A stretch of 64,000 bases of DNA, taken from positions 20,788 to 84,787 of the IMG/VR virus record IMGVR_UViG_2657245668_000002; one strand, given 5' to 3'. Numbering within the stretch: position 1 is the first letter of the stretch; the number at the start of each line of letters is the position of its first letter. This document shows, one piece after another, positions 1 through 8,686 of the stretch. The notes under the pieces were generated by a model that did not search any database, was not told where the DNA came from, and saw only the letters and a list, made by a program, of their open reading frames with translations. Made by a program: the position numbers and the translations under genes. Origin of the DNA: a virus. Taxonomy: Duplodnaviria > Caudoviricetes.

Positions 1-1282
1 GTTTCGAAAACTGTTGGTGAAGACTGGTCTCGAGAGAAGGGGCATCAACAGAGTAAATTAGTGCGTGTATGTCATATTTAAATGGAACAGAAGCCGAACC
101 AAGTTCATTTACACGATCTTCTGGTTCTAATCTGCGAGTTAAGCCGATTTTATAAATATCCTCCCCAAAAGCTCCAATATTTGAAATTACATATACGTGC
201 CCACTTCTAGTTAATTGTGCCTGTGATTTAGCTCGTTCAGACAAAGCACGAGCCTCTTCGAGTTGAGACTCTAGTTCAGAAATTCTAGCTTCAATCTGTT
301 CTTTCTGCTCTTGGTTGGCTTTATCTAACTCTTTACGCGCCCGTTCCATTGCTTTTTCGAAGTCCCGTTCGGCTTTCAATTCTTCTTTTATCGCTTTGTC
401 ATATTCACGCTGGGCCTTTTCTTCCTCTCGTTGAAGCTCTCGATCCTCCCTCAAAATCTCCCTTTCTTTTTGTAGCTTAAGCTCTTTCTCATGACATAGA
501 GTAAGCTCTTCCAGTCGAAGATTAAGATAGTTGCGAGTTATACTGATATTCATAGAATGACCGAACTTATTCAACGCATCGAAAGCAGTTTCAATTCTCT
601 TATGTAACTGAGCAATATTTCCAGATTTTACCTTAGCTATAGCTGCATCACATTCGCTGTTAAACGCTCTTGTCAGCAATTTGACATAGCGTTTAATCAT
701 TTTTCCGCCTTCAGCCTTACTTCCATTCACCGTCCAATTAGTATCAGAGTCACAAGCTGCATCTTGACGTATAAGTGCCTTTTGGCGCTCTTTATTGCGT
801 GTTATTGCTTCTTGGAAGGCTACCGAGTCATGGTAATCGAAACGAGGTTTATAAATGCCAAACTCAACCATATCAGCATCATCACTAACCTGAGAAAGTT
901 TTTCTGTTAACTCTAAAAGCCGTGCTCTTTTTTCTCTATACTCTTCTTTTAACAAAATAAGTTCGCGCCGTTGTTCAGAAAGCTGCCGCTCTGATTCGTT
1001 TTCCTTTCTTTCGATTTCATTTAGTTTTTCTTTTACTTCATTATCGATAGATTCTTTCGCGGTTTTTTCTTCTAGCTCTAGAGTTTTTCTGCGTTCTTTT
1101 TCTTCACTATCAAGTTCTTTTCGTAATCTCTCAGCCTCTTTTTCTATATCAACTATTTTGCTATATCTTTCGATATTTGCTCCATATTGCTTTTTTTCCT
1201 TATTTCTAACGTATAAAAGTATCAATACAACAATGGATAAAACGGCACAGACAGCAACCAATCCCCAAATCATCGGATCCAT
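1..1282 (-). CDS. DUF4041 + GIY-YIG (T5orf172-like) membrane-anchored nuclease, PD-lambda-1/SNIPE-like anti-phage protein (runs off the window; not in ORF track)
   Basis: Manual translation from ATG at 1282: MDPMIWGLVAVCAVLSIVVLILLY (TM helix), long coiled coil, FGIYKPRFDY..WTVNGSKAEG..RAFNSECD (DUF4041), then GHVYVISNIGAFGEDIYKIGLTRRLEPEDRVNELGSASVPF (GIY-YIG). Open to the window edge. Confidence 0.85.
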   Translation of the reverse strand, partial: MDPMIWGLVAVCAVLSIVVLILLYVRNKEKKQYGANIERYSKIVDIEKEAERLRKELDSEEKERRKTLELEEKTAKESIDNEVKEKLNEIERKENESERQLSEQRRELILLKEEYREKRARLLELTEKLSQVSDDADMVEFGIYKPRFDYHDSVAFQEAITRNKERQKALIRQDAACDSDTNWTVNGSKAEGGKMIKRYVKLLTRAFNSECDAAIAKVKSGNIAQLHKRIETAFDALNKFGHSMNISITRNYLNLRLEELTLCHEKELKLQKEREILREDRELQREEEKAQREYDKAIKEELKAERDFEKAMERARKELDKANQEQKEQIEARISELESQLEEARALSERAKSQAQLTRSGHVYVISNIGAFGEDIYKIGLTRRLEPEDRVNELGSASVPFKYDIHALIYSVDAPSLETSLHQQFSK

Positions 1283-1373
1283 TCCATCAAATAAAAAGAT
1301 ACAAGAATTGTATCAAAATATATCTAATAGTTCATCGGTTACTATTAAGCTAAACCCTCATAGCGTTGATTGT

Positions 1374-1595
1374 TTATGCTTTTCCCCTTTCCACCACCGC
1401 CATAATCTCATCCAACACCTCATGCATCAGTTGCACATCATCAATGGTGTAAGTGCCATCCAGCATATCTGACCATCTTGCCAGTGGCGGGCAATGTTGC
1501 CCGGCACCGGCACAAGGTCGCCATAAAAACCAGTCTACGCGGGAGGGTGCTGCGGATTGTTTTCCGCGCTTTTTCCCTCGCCGCTGAGTTGCCAA
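1374..1595 (-). CDS. Tail assembly chaperone frameshift extension (gpT-like)
   Basis: Overlaps the 3' end of 1535-1924 in the -1 frame; VDWFLWRPC...GTYTIDDVQLMHE; slippery G GGA AAA at 1577-1571. Confidence 0.7.
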   Translation of the reverse strand: MATQRRGKKRGKQSAAPSRVDWFLWRPCAGAGQHCPPLARWSDMLDGTYTIDDVQLMHEVLDEIMAVVERGKA

Positions 1596-1924
1596 AAAGG
1601 GCCGATATTTTCCCTCAGTACCTGCCCCAGCAATACCAGGTAATTATGGGCTTCATCCTGGAACAGGTTTTCGCCCACCGGGATATTATCGGATTGGCGA
1701 ACGATGCTACCGCTGTTAAAACACAGCTCTTTCAAGCGGTTTAAGCTCATCATATCGACGGAAGCTAAACTGGCGGCCATACCCATTGCGGTGACATTGG
1801 GGTTGATCGCCGGTAACAAACCAGACTTAGCCGCGATTTGCAGCATTTCGACCTGATCTCTGGCCGGTGATGTTGCCCCGCGAAAAAGGGTGTCACCGAT
1901 CACGACTTCAATTTGACGCCCCAT
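1535..1924 (-). CDS. Tail assembly chaperone (gpG-like)
   Basis: Follows the tail tube gene; size; overlapping -1 frame ORF. Confidence 0.7.
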   Translation of the reverse strand: MGRQIEVVIGDTLFRGATSPARDQVEMLQIAAKSGLLPAINPNVTAMGMAASLASVDMMSLNRLKELCFNSGSIVRQSDNIPVGENLFQDEAHNYLVLLGQVLRENIGPFWQLSGEGKSAENNPQHPPA

Positions 1925-1926
1925 AA

Positions 1927-2331
1927 TTAAGTTTCCTCAGAGTCAGCAAATTCAAAAATAAATTGTTCATCAGACACACCACTTTTCCCGGCGCGGGTGG
2001 CTGAACCACGGTTAGTCATAATGCCGTCGAATCCGGCAAAACGTTCGTCAGTGCCGGTCTGTGAAAAGGTAAAAGTGGCATCAATACCGGATTTCTCCAC
2101 CGCCAATAACTGGCGGGCCTGCACCGAGCCGGGGATCAGGTTGATGGTCAACCGTTTGGCGCGAGTTTTATTGTCCAGCCGTACTGACGTGCCGCCGATA
2201 CCGCGTTTTAGCGCGGCGCGGGGTTCTAAATCTTCAATGGTGATCGGTGGGTCGGTATCACCAAAATCATCAATCGGGATACCAAAGACGGTGAGGTTAG
2301 AGCCATCAGCGCCGTATCTGTGCATGGTCAT
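1927..2331 (-). CDS. Phage tail tube protein
   Basis: 134 aa, beta-rich, directly after sheath. Confidence 0.7.
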   Translation of the reverse strand: MTMHRYGADGSNLTVFGIPIDDFGDTDPPITIEDLEPRAALKRGIGGTSVRLDNKTRAKRLTINLIPGSVQARQLLAVEKSGIDATFTFSQTGTDERFAGFDGIMTNRGSATRAGKSGVSDEQFIFEFADSEET

Positions 2332-2337
2332 AAGGGA

Positions 2338-2808
2338 TTACTCCACGGTGGCATTGATTTCAGCGATATGACCGGCACGGCCTAAAATCACTAACAAGGT
2401 GGTTAATGGGAAAACACGTTTTTTGCGTTGGTCTGAGGTCAGCGCAAGGACATCTTCCGGGCGGGAGCGGATAACAAAACCAAAATCAGCCACTTTAGTC
2501 ACGCCATCGTCAGGATCAACATAAGAGCCGGTACCCAGCACACCGTTATTGAAAAAGCGTTTGCAGGTAGTGGCAACCGTAGACAGTAACCCGTCATAGT
2601 CGCGTGGTGTCAGTGCGCGCTTGGTGCCAACATTAGCAATGTAGTTGTAGCCATCCACCTGAATATGGTTTTTCAACACATCCAGATTGACCACATCATC
2701 AATAAATTCGCCATAGGACGACATCGATTTACTGTTGATCACCCGGCTGTTATCAATTTGCCCGGCCAGTTCAATTTTAGTGAAAAACACCGCGTTCTTG
2801 GCTTTTAG
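2338..2808 (-). pseudogene. Tail sheath protein (DUF3383-like), C-terminal fragment
   Basis: GEFIDDVVNLDVLK...RAGHIAEINATVE resembles a sheath C-terminus; only ~155 aa remain; 5' end replaced by integrase sequence. Confidence 0.75.
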
Positions 2809-3404
2809 ATAATAATCCAGTGACACCGACACGCTCAGCTAAACCGGTGGTGAAACGTGAGCGCCTGGAACTGGATCAGTATCTCGCTATTCGTGAGGTC
2901 GCTGACACATTACCGGCGTGGTTCGGGTTATCAATGGATCTGGCGCTAGTCACTGGCCAACGCCGTGAGGATTTATCTCTGATGCGCTTTGACCAGATTG
3001 TTGATGGCAGATTACAGATAGACCAAGGCAAAACCGGAGCCATGATCTCCCTGCCCTTAGATCTTGAACTTAAAGCCGTTGGCCTACGCCTTAGCACCGT
3101 GATTGAACAATGTAAATTAGCCAGTAAAACAGACTTTATGATAAGTGCTGGCATCAGAAAAAATAGCCCTGACGGATCACTACATCCAGATAGCCTGACA
3201 AAGAAATTCGTAACGGCGAGAAAAGGAACAGATTTTCGTTTTGATGAGAGTCCGCCAACTTTTCACGAGATCAGAAGTCTCGCTGGGCGATTGTATGAAA
3301 AGGAAAAAGGTAAAGAATTTGCGATGAAACTGCTGGGGCATAAATCGGAGAAGATGACGAACAAGTATCTTGATACGAGAGGGAAAGAATACGTGATGCT
3401 ATAA
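2805..3404 (+). pseudogene. int: Tyrosine integrase, catalytic-domain fragment (N-terminus deleted)
   Basis: LDNNPV..KRERL..TGQRREDL..QGKTG..FHEIRSLAGR..LLGHKS..Y; colinear with the C-terminal half of the integrase at 62205-63314. Confidence 0.9.
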
Positions 3405-3419
3405 AAGACCGAATATCAG

Positions 3420-3450
3420 ATTTCGATAAAATTTCGATAAATTTCGATAA
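3420..3450 (+). repeat. Integrase arm-type sites, 3x ATTTCGATAA
   Basis: Direct repeats at 3420, 3431, 3441 between the int stop and the att core. Confidence 0.7.
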
Positions 3451-3488
3451 ACCACAAAATTCACCTTTAAAATCAACAGCTTAAAAAG

Positions 3489-3507
3489 AGACCGAATACG
3501 ATTCCTA
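3489..3507 (+). repeat. att core (attL of the intact prophage / attR of the remnant), AGACCGAATACGATTCCTA
   Basis: Identical 19-mer at 63397-63415 in the SdsR terminator. Confidence 0.92.
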
Positions 3508-3670
3508 AAGGTGAGAATTCTCAATTTTATCTATATAAAACAATAAGATAACCAGAGTTATGACCTTTAGCCTACGTTTAACACCGTCTTTAAAAGATCA
3601 ACATGATCATATACTTATCAGCTATTTCGAAAATTCTCGGGAAAATTTCGAGCGCTAAAATGAGGAAAAC

Positions 3671-3883
3671 ATGACTTCAACACTGTTTATAGTCTGCCTA
3701 ATGCTGACAGCCGTAATGATCACCATCCACCCTGCTCTCTGCGTTCCGTTTGTTATCGTCGCTTACCTGCTGGCGGGCAAAGGCAATATACACATGGACA
3801 GTAACACCAGTATCATTTTAGGTATCATCGGATTTATTCTGTTATTGGTTCTGTTCGTCATTGTGAAAGATACCCTCGAATAA
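3671..3883 (+). CDS. Small two-TM membrane protein
   Basis: 70 aa, two hydrophobic segments, SD GAGGA upstream. Confidence 0.6.
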   Translation: MTSTLFIVCLMLTAVMITIHPALCVPFVIVAYLLAGKGNIHMDSNTSIILGIIGFILLLVLFVIVKDTLE

Positions 3884-3926
3884 TTATTGGTGCTGTAATA
3901 TGGATTAATCGTTACTCAATCTGACA

Positions 3927-3950
3927 GTCGGTTAAGAGCGAGGAGCAGAA
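3927..3950 (+). repeat. Inter-cassette palindromic site, B unit (core GAGCGA)
   Basis: GTCGGTTAA-GAGCGA-GGAGCAGAA; related to units at 5035, 7195, 9970. Confidence 0.55.
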
Positions 3951-3994
3951 ACCGTGTCTATGAGTAATGAATTCAACATTAATGATGTGTAGTT

Positions 3995-4855
3995 TTACAA
4001 TCTATCACGAAGGAATTTCACCCCAAAAAAATGGCCTTTGTTCTTCTCTAGTATGCCGAGGTTTAAATCGTGAAAGTACCACATTAGCTTCGTTTTTTTT
4101 GGTTGTTCTAGTGATGGGATTTGTAATTTCCCATCTTTATATAATTGAGATATAAAATGGCTATCATTAATTTATGGGTCTATAGAGTTAATTGTATCTT
4201 CGCAATGTATTGCATAGCCAAATATTTCCAGTGTATGACCAGTGCATGTTACAGGATTTAGCATATATGGTTGGTTAGGCGGTATATCTCTTTCAAGATA
4301 CATACGGCGTATGTGAAAAAACTTAAGCGCATCCTCGCTGCCGTGGTAAAATACACTGTGAGGGGCGATAGCAACTATGGTGAAAGTATCTTTTGAAACA
4401 TCAGCGAAGATAAGATAGTTGCTTCGCCCTTTCGGGTTTTTGTTATTTCTTGGTGCAAAATGAAAGTGATACAGTCCTTCTCTGAGGACAAAAGAATCTA
4501 TATCTTTCCCTTTGCTTTTCAAAGAAGCACCAGGCAAAACAACACCATGCGTTCTAACTTGTTCAGATAGATATTGGTTTAGATCATCACCGTTAATGAC
4601 TTTATTTAGAAATCCTTTTATGTCAGGGTATTTGTTTATGAAAATATTGAAGTCTATCCCCATAGGAAAGACCTTAATGGTTCGTTTTCTTACCGGGACA
4701 GTTCTGATCTTCCATGTGATATAATTGGAAATGATTACTCTTGTCGGCATCTTTTCGAGTTCTGCTATTGCCATAGGAGTATTAGGAACCTTCGGTAATT
4801 CCTTAATCATCATTTGTCTGAAACGCTCTATACTAGCTGAATATTCGTCACTCAT
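3995..4855 (-). pseudogene. Uncharacterised putative defence protein (HFH motif) with internal TAA
   Basis: 227-aa ORF stops at TAA 4172-4174, but the same frame stays open for 58 more codons (INDSHFISQLY...WYFHDLNLGILE...DRL*, stop at 3995). Confidence 0.65.
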
Positions 4856-4942
4856 ATCTTCTGTTTCGCTGCATTACAAATGGCTCACTGGTATCGGTAT
4901 CAACATAAAACCATATGAGACAATTTTCAATTCATAAACGCC

Positions 4943-4964
4943 TGACCTGCTCATCGTTGATTAG
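4943..4964 (+). repeat. IS3-family (IS407/IS1222 group)-like terminal inverted repeat remnant
   Basis: TGACCTGCTCATCGTTGATTAG resembles the TGACCTGCTCCCCGTTGATTA-type IS end; no transposase follows. Confidence 0.5.
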
Positions 4965-4984
4965 CCTATTTTATTCTTAGCTAG

Positions 4985-5058
4985 GTCCGTTTTTGGCACA
5001 AAGTCGCCGGCACATTGTACACCAGATATCGACAGGCAGCTTCGAGCGAGGAGCGGAC
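4985..5058 (+). repeat. Inter-cassette bipartite palindromic site (A+B units)
   Basis: GTCCGTTTT-TGGCAC-AAAGTCGCC at 4985 and GGCAGCTTC-GAGCGA-GGAGCGGAC at 5035. Confidence 0.7.
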
Positions 5059-5309
5059 ATAAAACTCTTTTAGTTGCGTGCCATTTTTTGCCGGGTCAGT
5101 GCTATTTTTTTTACGGAGTCCTATCGGGCCATCAGGCTGCCAATCGTAACATATATACCGTCCCTTCTAGTGAGTTGAATAGTCATATTGAGAGCCAATG
5201 CAATATGGCTGACCCTTTAAAAAAGCAAAGGTGGAGGGAGACATTTTTTAGAATCTCCCTATATTGCTTTAGGTATTAGCTGTAGAACTTGCTTTAGAAA
5301 ACCAAGAGA

Positions 5310-6917
5310 TCATGATGGAATACTTTGTTGCGTCACTCTCTCTAGTATTTCTAAAATTTCATTTACGAAGTGTTTAGCTAAGTCTGTGCTTTTTCTTGTT
5401 TTGATATCTTTGATATTTAGGACTGACCATTTTTTACATTTTGCTTCATCATAAGATTCCCAAGATTTTTTTTGCAAAATGTCGTGAGAATAGTGAGCGT
5501 AAAACTCCTTATCTGAATATATGAACACTACCCATAAAGATACTTTAGGGAGTAATTGTAATTTAGGATTTAATTCAACCTTGAATATATTATTTTCATA
5601 ATAGCTTGTATATTCAAACCCTGATATATAACTTTCGTTGGTTTTTACATCTTTTAGAACCAACTCTTCTTCATGATGCCTTCTAGAGAAAAAAGAATCC
5701 ATTCGTCGGCTGGTTAAACCTAAAAGATCATCAATATACTCGTTTTTCTTCTTTACAATAATTTTTTCTGGTTTCACGTACTCTTTTTTTATTACTACTC
5801 GAGATGAGTAGGTTTGAGAAGCAAAAAGATTATTTTTCTTACTCAGCCAATCACCTATTTGTTCTTTGTTTGGCACGAATTTAACTGAACTATTATCAAT
5901 ATTTAAATTAAAGGCATCTTTTACATATTTAGGTATGGATTTTTCCAGACTGTCTTGGAATCCACCGAGCAAGGGCTCTATAGTCTTTTCATCAAAACAA
6001 ATACTGCTTGAACGAGCTGCTATAGCCTTTAGTTTTTCAGCCAATGAGTGTGATTCATTTTTTTCATCACTTTCCTCAGGAACAGTAGTTGTTTCTGTCT
6101 TAACCCCTATTTTATTCATGAGCTGAGATATCTGCTGCGTTGTGATTTTACCAAATCCGTCGAGATATGAACCTTGCATCACAAATATAGGTTGCTGAGT
6201 ATCAGAGTCAGCAGAGAATGCAGAGAATGCATCCGCTAGTTCTTTTGATAGATCAATATATCGCACATCTCTCTCTTGATCTAAAATGCAGCTTATTAGC
6301 TGATCTGTGAAGTAACTCATTCCCTTTCTATCAGCGTATGATACTTGATTATCTCTTGATGAGAAGAAATAATAAATATTTTCAAGCTCAAGCTTTCCTG
6401 CTTGTTTTTGCAAGATTCTTTCTTTGTTCTCTCGGGAATCCTTTATATATTTAGTGCCGCTAAAACAAGCGTCAATTATCTTTGTGAACACCCTTGGTTT
6501 TGCTTCTCTTATTAGCCCATCAAGGTAGTCTTCAGATAGTCCCGTCGAATTTTTTCTTTTCTCTTGAAAGTCATTCAGGACATAATAGTATTGATCTTCA
6601 ACTCTCTCTCCATGACCACTAAAGTAGAAAACAATCTCATTTATTTTTCTTCCTTTATATTCTTCTATTAAAGAAATTATTTGATCTTTAATTATGCTCG
6701 ATTTTTCATTTTTTAATATTATTGCTTTGTCGAACTTTTTTATCTCGATAGCAACAGCATGCATACGCTCAACATCTTTATCGCATGCCGGCAGTGCTTC
6801 ATATGCGGGGCTTTCATACTGCGATACGCCTATAAAAATACCAAGATTAACTGCTTCAGAGGGGGCTTTTGCGTTACTCATTAACTGCTCATCCATGTAG
6901 TGTTTTTTAGGGCTCAA
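5310..6917 (-). CDS. Caspase-like (peptidase C14) protein with unknown C-terminal domain
   Basis: IFIGVSQY..LPACDKD, FYFSGHG (His), IIDACFSG (Cys), QQP motif; start codon uncertain (6917/6896/6881). Confidence 0.88.
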   Translation of the reverse strand: MSPKKHYMDEQLMSNAKAPSEAVNLGIFIGVSQYESPAYEALPACDKDVERMHAVAIEIKKFDKAIILKNEKSSIIKDQIISLIEEYKGRKINEIVFYFSGHGERVEDQYYYVLNDFQEKRKNSTGLSEDYLDGLIREAKPRVFTKIIDACFSGTKYIKDSRENKERILQKQAGKLELENIYYFFSSRDNQVSYADRKGMSYFTDQLISCILDQERDVRYIDLSKELADAFSAFSADSDTQQPIFVMQGSYLDGFGKITTQQISQLMNKIGVKTETTTVPEESDEKNESHSLAEKLKAIAARSSSICFDEKTIEPLLGGFQDSLEKSIPKYVKDAFNLNIDNSSVKFVPNKEQIGDWLSKKNNLFASQTYSSRVVIKKEYVKPEKIIVKKKNEYIDDLLGLTSRRMDSFFSRRHHEEELVLKDVKTNESYISGFEYTSYYENNIFKVELNPKLQLLPKVSLWVVFIYSDKEFYAHYSHDILQKKSWESYDEAKCKKWSVLNIKDIKTRKSTDLAKHFVNEILEILERVTQQSIPS

Positions 6918-7152
6918 TCATAACCAAATGGCACTAAACAACCTATACCAGAAAACAGTTTTTTTTGCAGGTCATTCATAAGAGATACATATCCAACACT
7001 CATCATTAACCAGTACACACGGGGTTTTCTATAACGAGGGGGAGCGAACCTAGCGAAGATCACATCTTTTAATCTCTTCTTCTGATATCTGTAAAAGCAA
7101 CCCATAACTGAGCAAATAGAGCTATTCGTCATCCAACTAAGACATACTGTAG

Positions 7153-7218
7153 TCGCGCTGCTGGCACGAAGCGGACCGCCCGAAGCACCACGATGTCCGC
7201 TATGAGCGAAAAGCGGAA
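7153..7218 (+). repeat. Inter-cassette bipartite palindromic site (A+B units)
   Basis: TCGCGCTGC-TGGCAC-GAAGCGGAC at 7153 and GTCCGCTAT-GAGCGA-AAAGCGGAA at 7195. Confidence 0.72.
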
Positions 7219-7247
7219 GTTCAGAGTGCATATTTACATTGTTCTGT

Positions 7248-7270
7248 CTTCATAAATGGGGAACAGGTTA
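7248..7270 (-). repeat. IS3-family-like terminal inverted repeat remnant
   Basis: Minus strand TAACCTGTTCCCCATTTATG; 14/21 match to the 4943 copy, facing it. Confidence 0.4.
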
Positions 7271-7402
7271 GGTCGCTGATACCGACCGTGAGATCTTCTA
7301 TCAAATTGACTAAGTAGCTGCTAAACAAATTAAGTGCGATTATCGCTCTTTAAATATGTACACCTATATTTAAGGGGTACAAGTTGTAGTCAGAAGAAGA
7401 AA

Positions 7403-8686
7403 CTATTGCGGCCAATCCCAATGATCATATTGTCTAATTTTCTCTGCCAACTCTTGAGGCGCACCGCCATGAGTAAGGTTTGCTGCATAACCGATTCGTC
7501 CGATATAATTAATATTTTCAGAAGTGAGGGTGTTTGTCTCCCATGGTCTTATTCTGCAATTGGGTTCGCAAATGGCTACATCTCGATTAACAAATTTTAA
7601 CCATGAAATATTTATAACTTCCGCTCCTGCAGCCTTTAAATACATCCTGGCGGTTTCATGAGCATTTCCCTCAGTGCAGAAGTCATCAATAATTAGTACT
7701 TTCTTTCCACGCAATACTGGCCTGTTAACATATCGTTCTCCAGTGTTAAGATTTTTGATAGGAGAGGCGTTTAAATTCACAGTATTAGTTTGCGATGTTA
7801 TTATAACCTGTCGGCGCTCTATTCTTTCCTGCTGAGATTTTACGGCTGTAGTATGTCTTATAAAGAGATCTTTGAGATATTTACCTTTAAATGATACTGC
7901 CAACCCTTTGAGGTCATGCTCCATGATATTTGCCAACTTATAGGGGTCGTTAGCATTATGTCCAACATAAGTTGTGATAAAACTTGCACCTTCACTTAAA
8001 CCAGAGAAGTAAATACTAGCACCAAGATACCTAATCCAAAAATCAGGGCTCCCAATGGATAACTTAGCTAAGTTTCGTGCATTGGCAGAGTACATTGTAA
8101 ACTCAGGGTTATGAGTACTAAAGGGAGCTAAGGCATAATAGTGGACATCTTGGTTTAAGTGGCCCTGCCATCCCCATAATTCCTCTCTTAAACAAAACAC
8201 ATCGATAAATCTCGCAATCTCTTTTGGTTCAGAGAACTGAAAACCATACTCAGTGACCGGTTGATACCAAGTGGCATTAATAAATAAAGTTTTTCCATTT
8301 GTCGCGGCCTGTAAGTCTTCTTCTGAACGGCCAACATAAATTATCTCATTACGATTTATATCTAAATCATTCATGATGAAATCGGTGGCTCTTCCTGTTT
8401 GTTTCGCAGGTATTTCATTGTTAAGTTCACGGCAATAATGGATTGAGTCTGGGAATTGTTGCATAAGATAATCATCCAGTGCAATGTTTCCATTATTAGT
8501 CTTAACATTCCTATTATTATTTGTTAGAAAAAGGACTTTAATATTTTTAGATAATAAAAAAGCGAACAACTTCCTCAACTCAACATCGATTCGTGACTTA
8601 AGTTGCTGAGATTGCGGATTTGATGTTGTGGGCAAAACAACATCTGCTATTGAAAATATAACAGCTTTCAAATGCATTTTATTCAT
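7403..8686 (-). CDS. shosT: ShosT-like toxin: HAD-like domain + phosphoribosyltransferase
   Basis: KAVIFSIAD..LTNN..IYVGRSEEDLQAA (HAD-like) and KVLIIDDFCTEG (PRPP-binding loop); overlaps the dprA-like gene. Confidence 0.85.
   Translation of the reverse strand: MNKMHLKAVIFSIADVVLPTTSNPQSQQLKSRIDVELRKLFAFLLSKNIKVLFLTNNNRNVKTNNGNIALDDYLMQQFPDSIHYCRELNNEIPAKQTGRATDFIMNDLDINRNEIIYVGRSEEDLQAATNGKTLFINATWYQPVTEYGFQFSEPKEIARFIDVFCLREELWGWQGHLNQDVHYYALAPFSTHNPEFTMYSANARNLAKLSIGSPDFWIRYLGASIYFSGLSEGASFITTYVGHNANDPYKLANIMEHDLKGLAVSFKGKYLKDLFIRHTTAVKSQQERIERRQVIITSQTNTVNLNASPIKNLNTGERYVNRPVLRGKKVLIIDDFCTEGNAHETARMYLKAAGAEVINISWLKFVNRDVAICEPNCRIRPWETNTLTSENINYIGRIGYAANLTHGGAPQELAEKIRQYDHWDWPQ

Larger units (their letters stand above)
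1..3507. mobile_element. Right end of a defective prophage (contractile-tail genes + integrase fragment) integrated at the same SdsR att
   Basis: Tail sheath/tube/chaperone genes on -, truncated integrase on +, arm repeats and att core at 3489-3507. Confidence 0.8.

Noticed and set aside
1158-1744. Plus-strand ORFs of 104 and 88 aa
   Set aside because: Shadows of the minus-strand DUF4041 and tail chaperone genes.
5117-5141. Possible extra palindromic unit with GGGCCA core (similar weak hit near 10035-10060)
   Set aside because: Arms are out of register and too degenerate to count without a model-based scan.
6914-7231. 105-aa ORF MHSELPLFAHSG...
   Set aside because: Runs antisense through the palindromic site and the caspase upstream region; no protein-like features.
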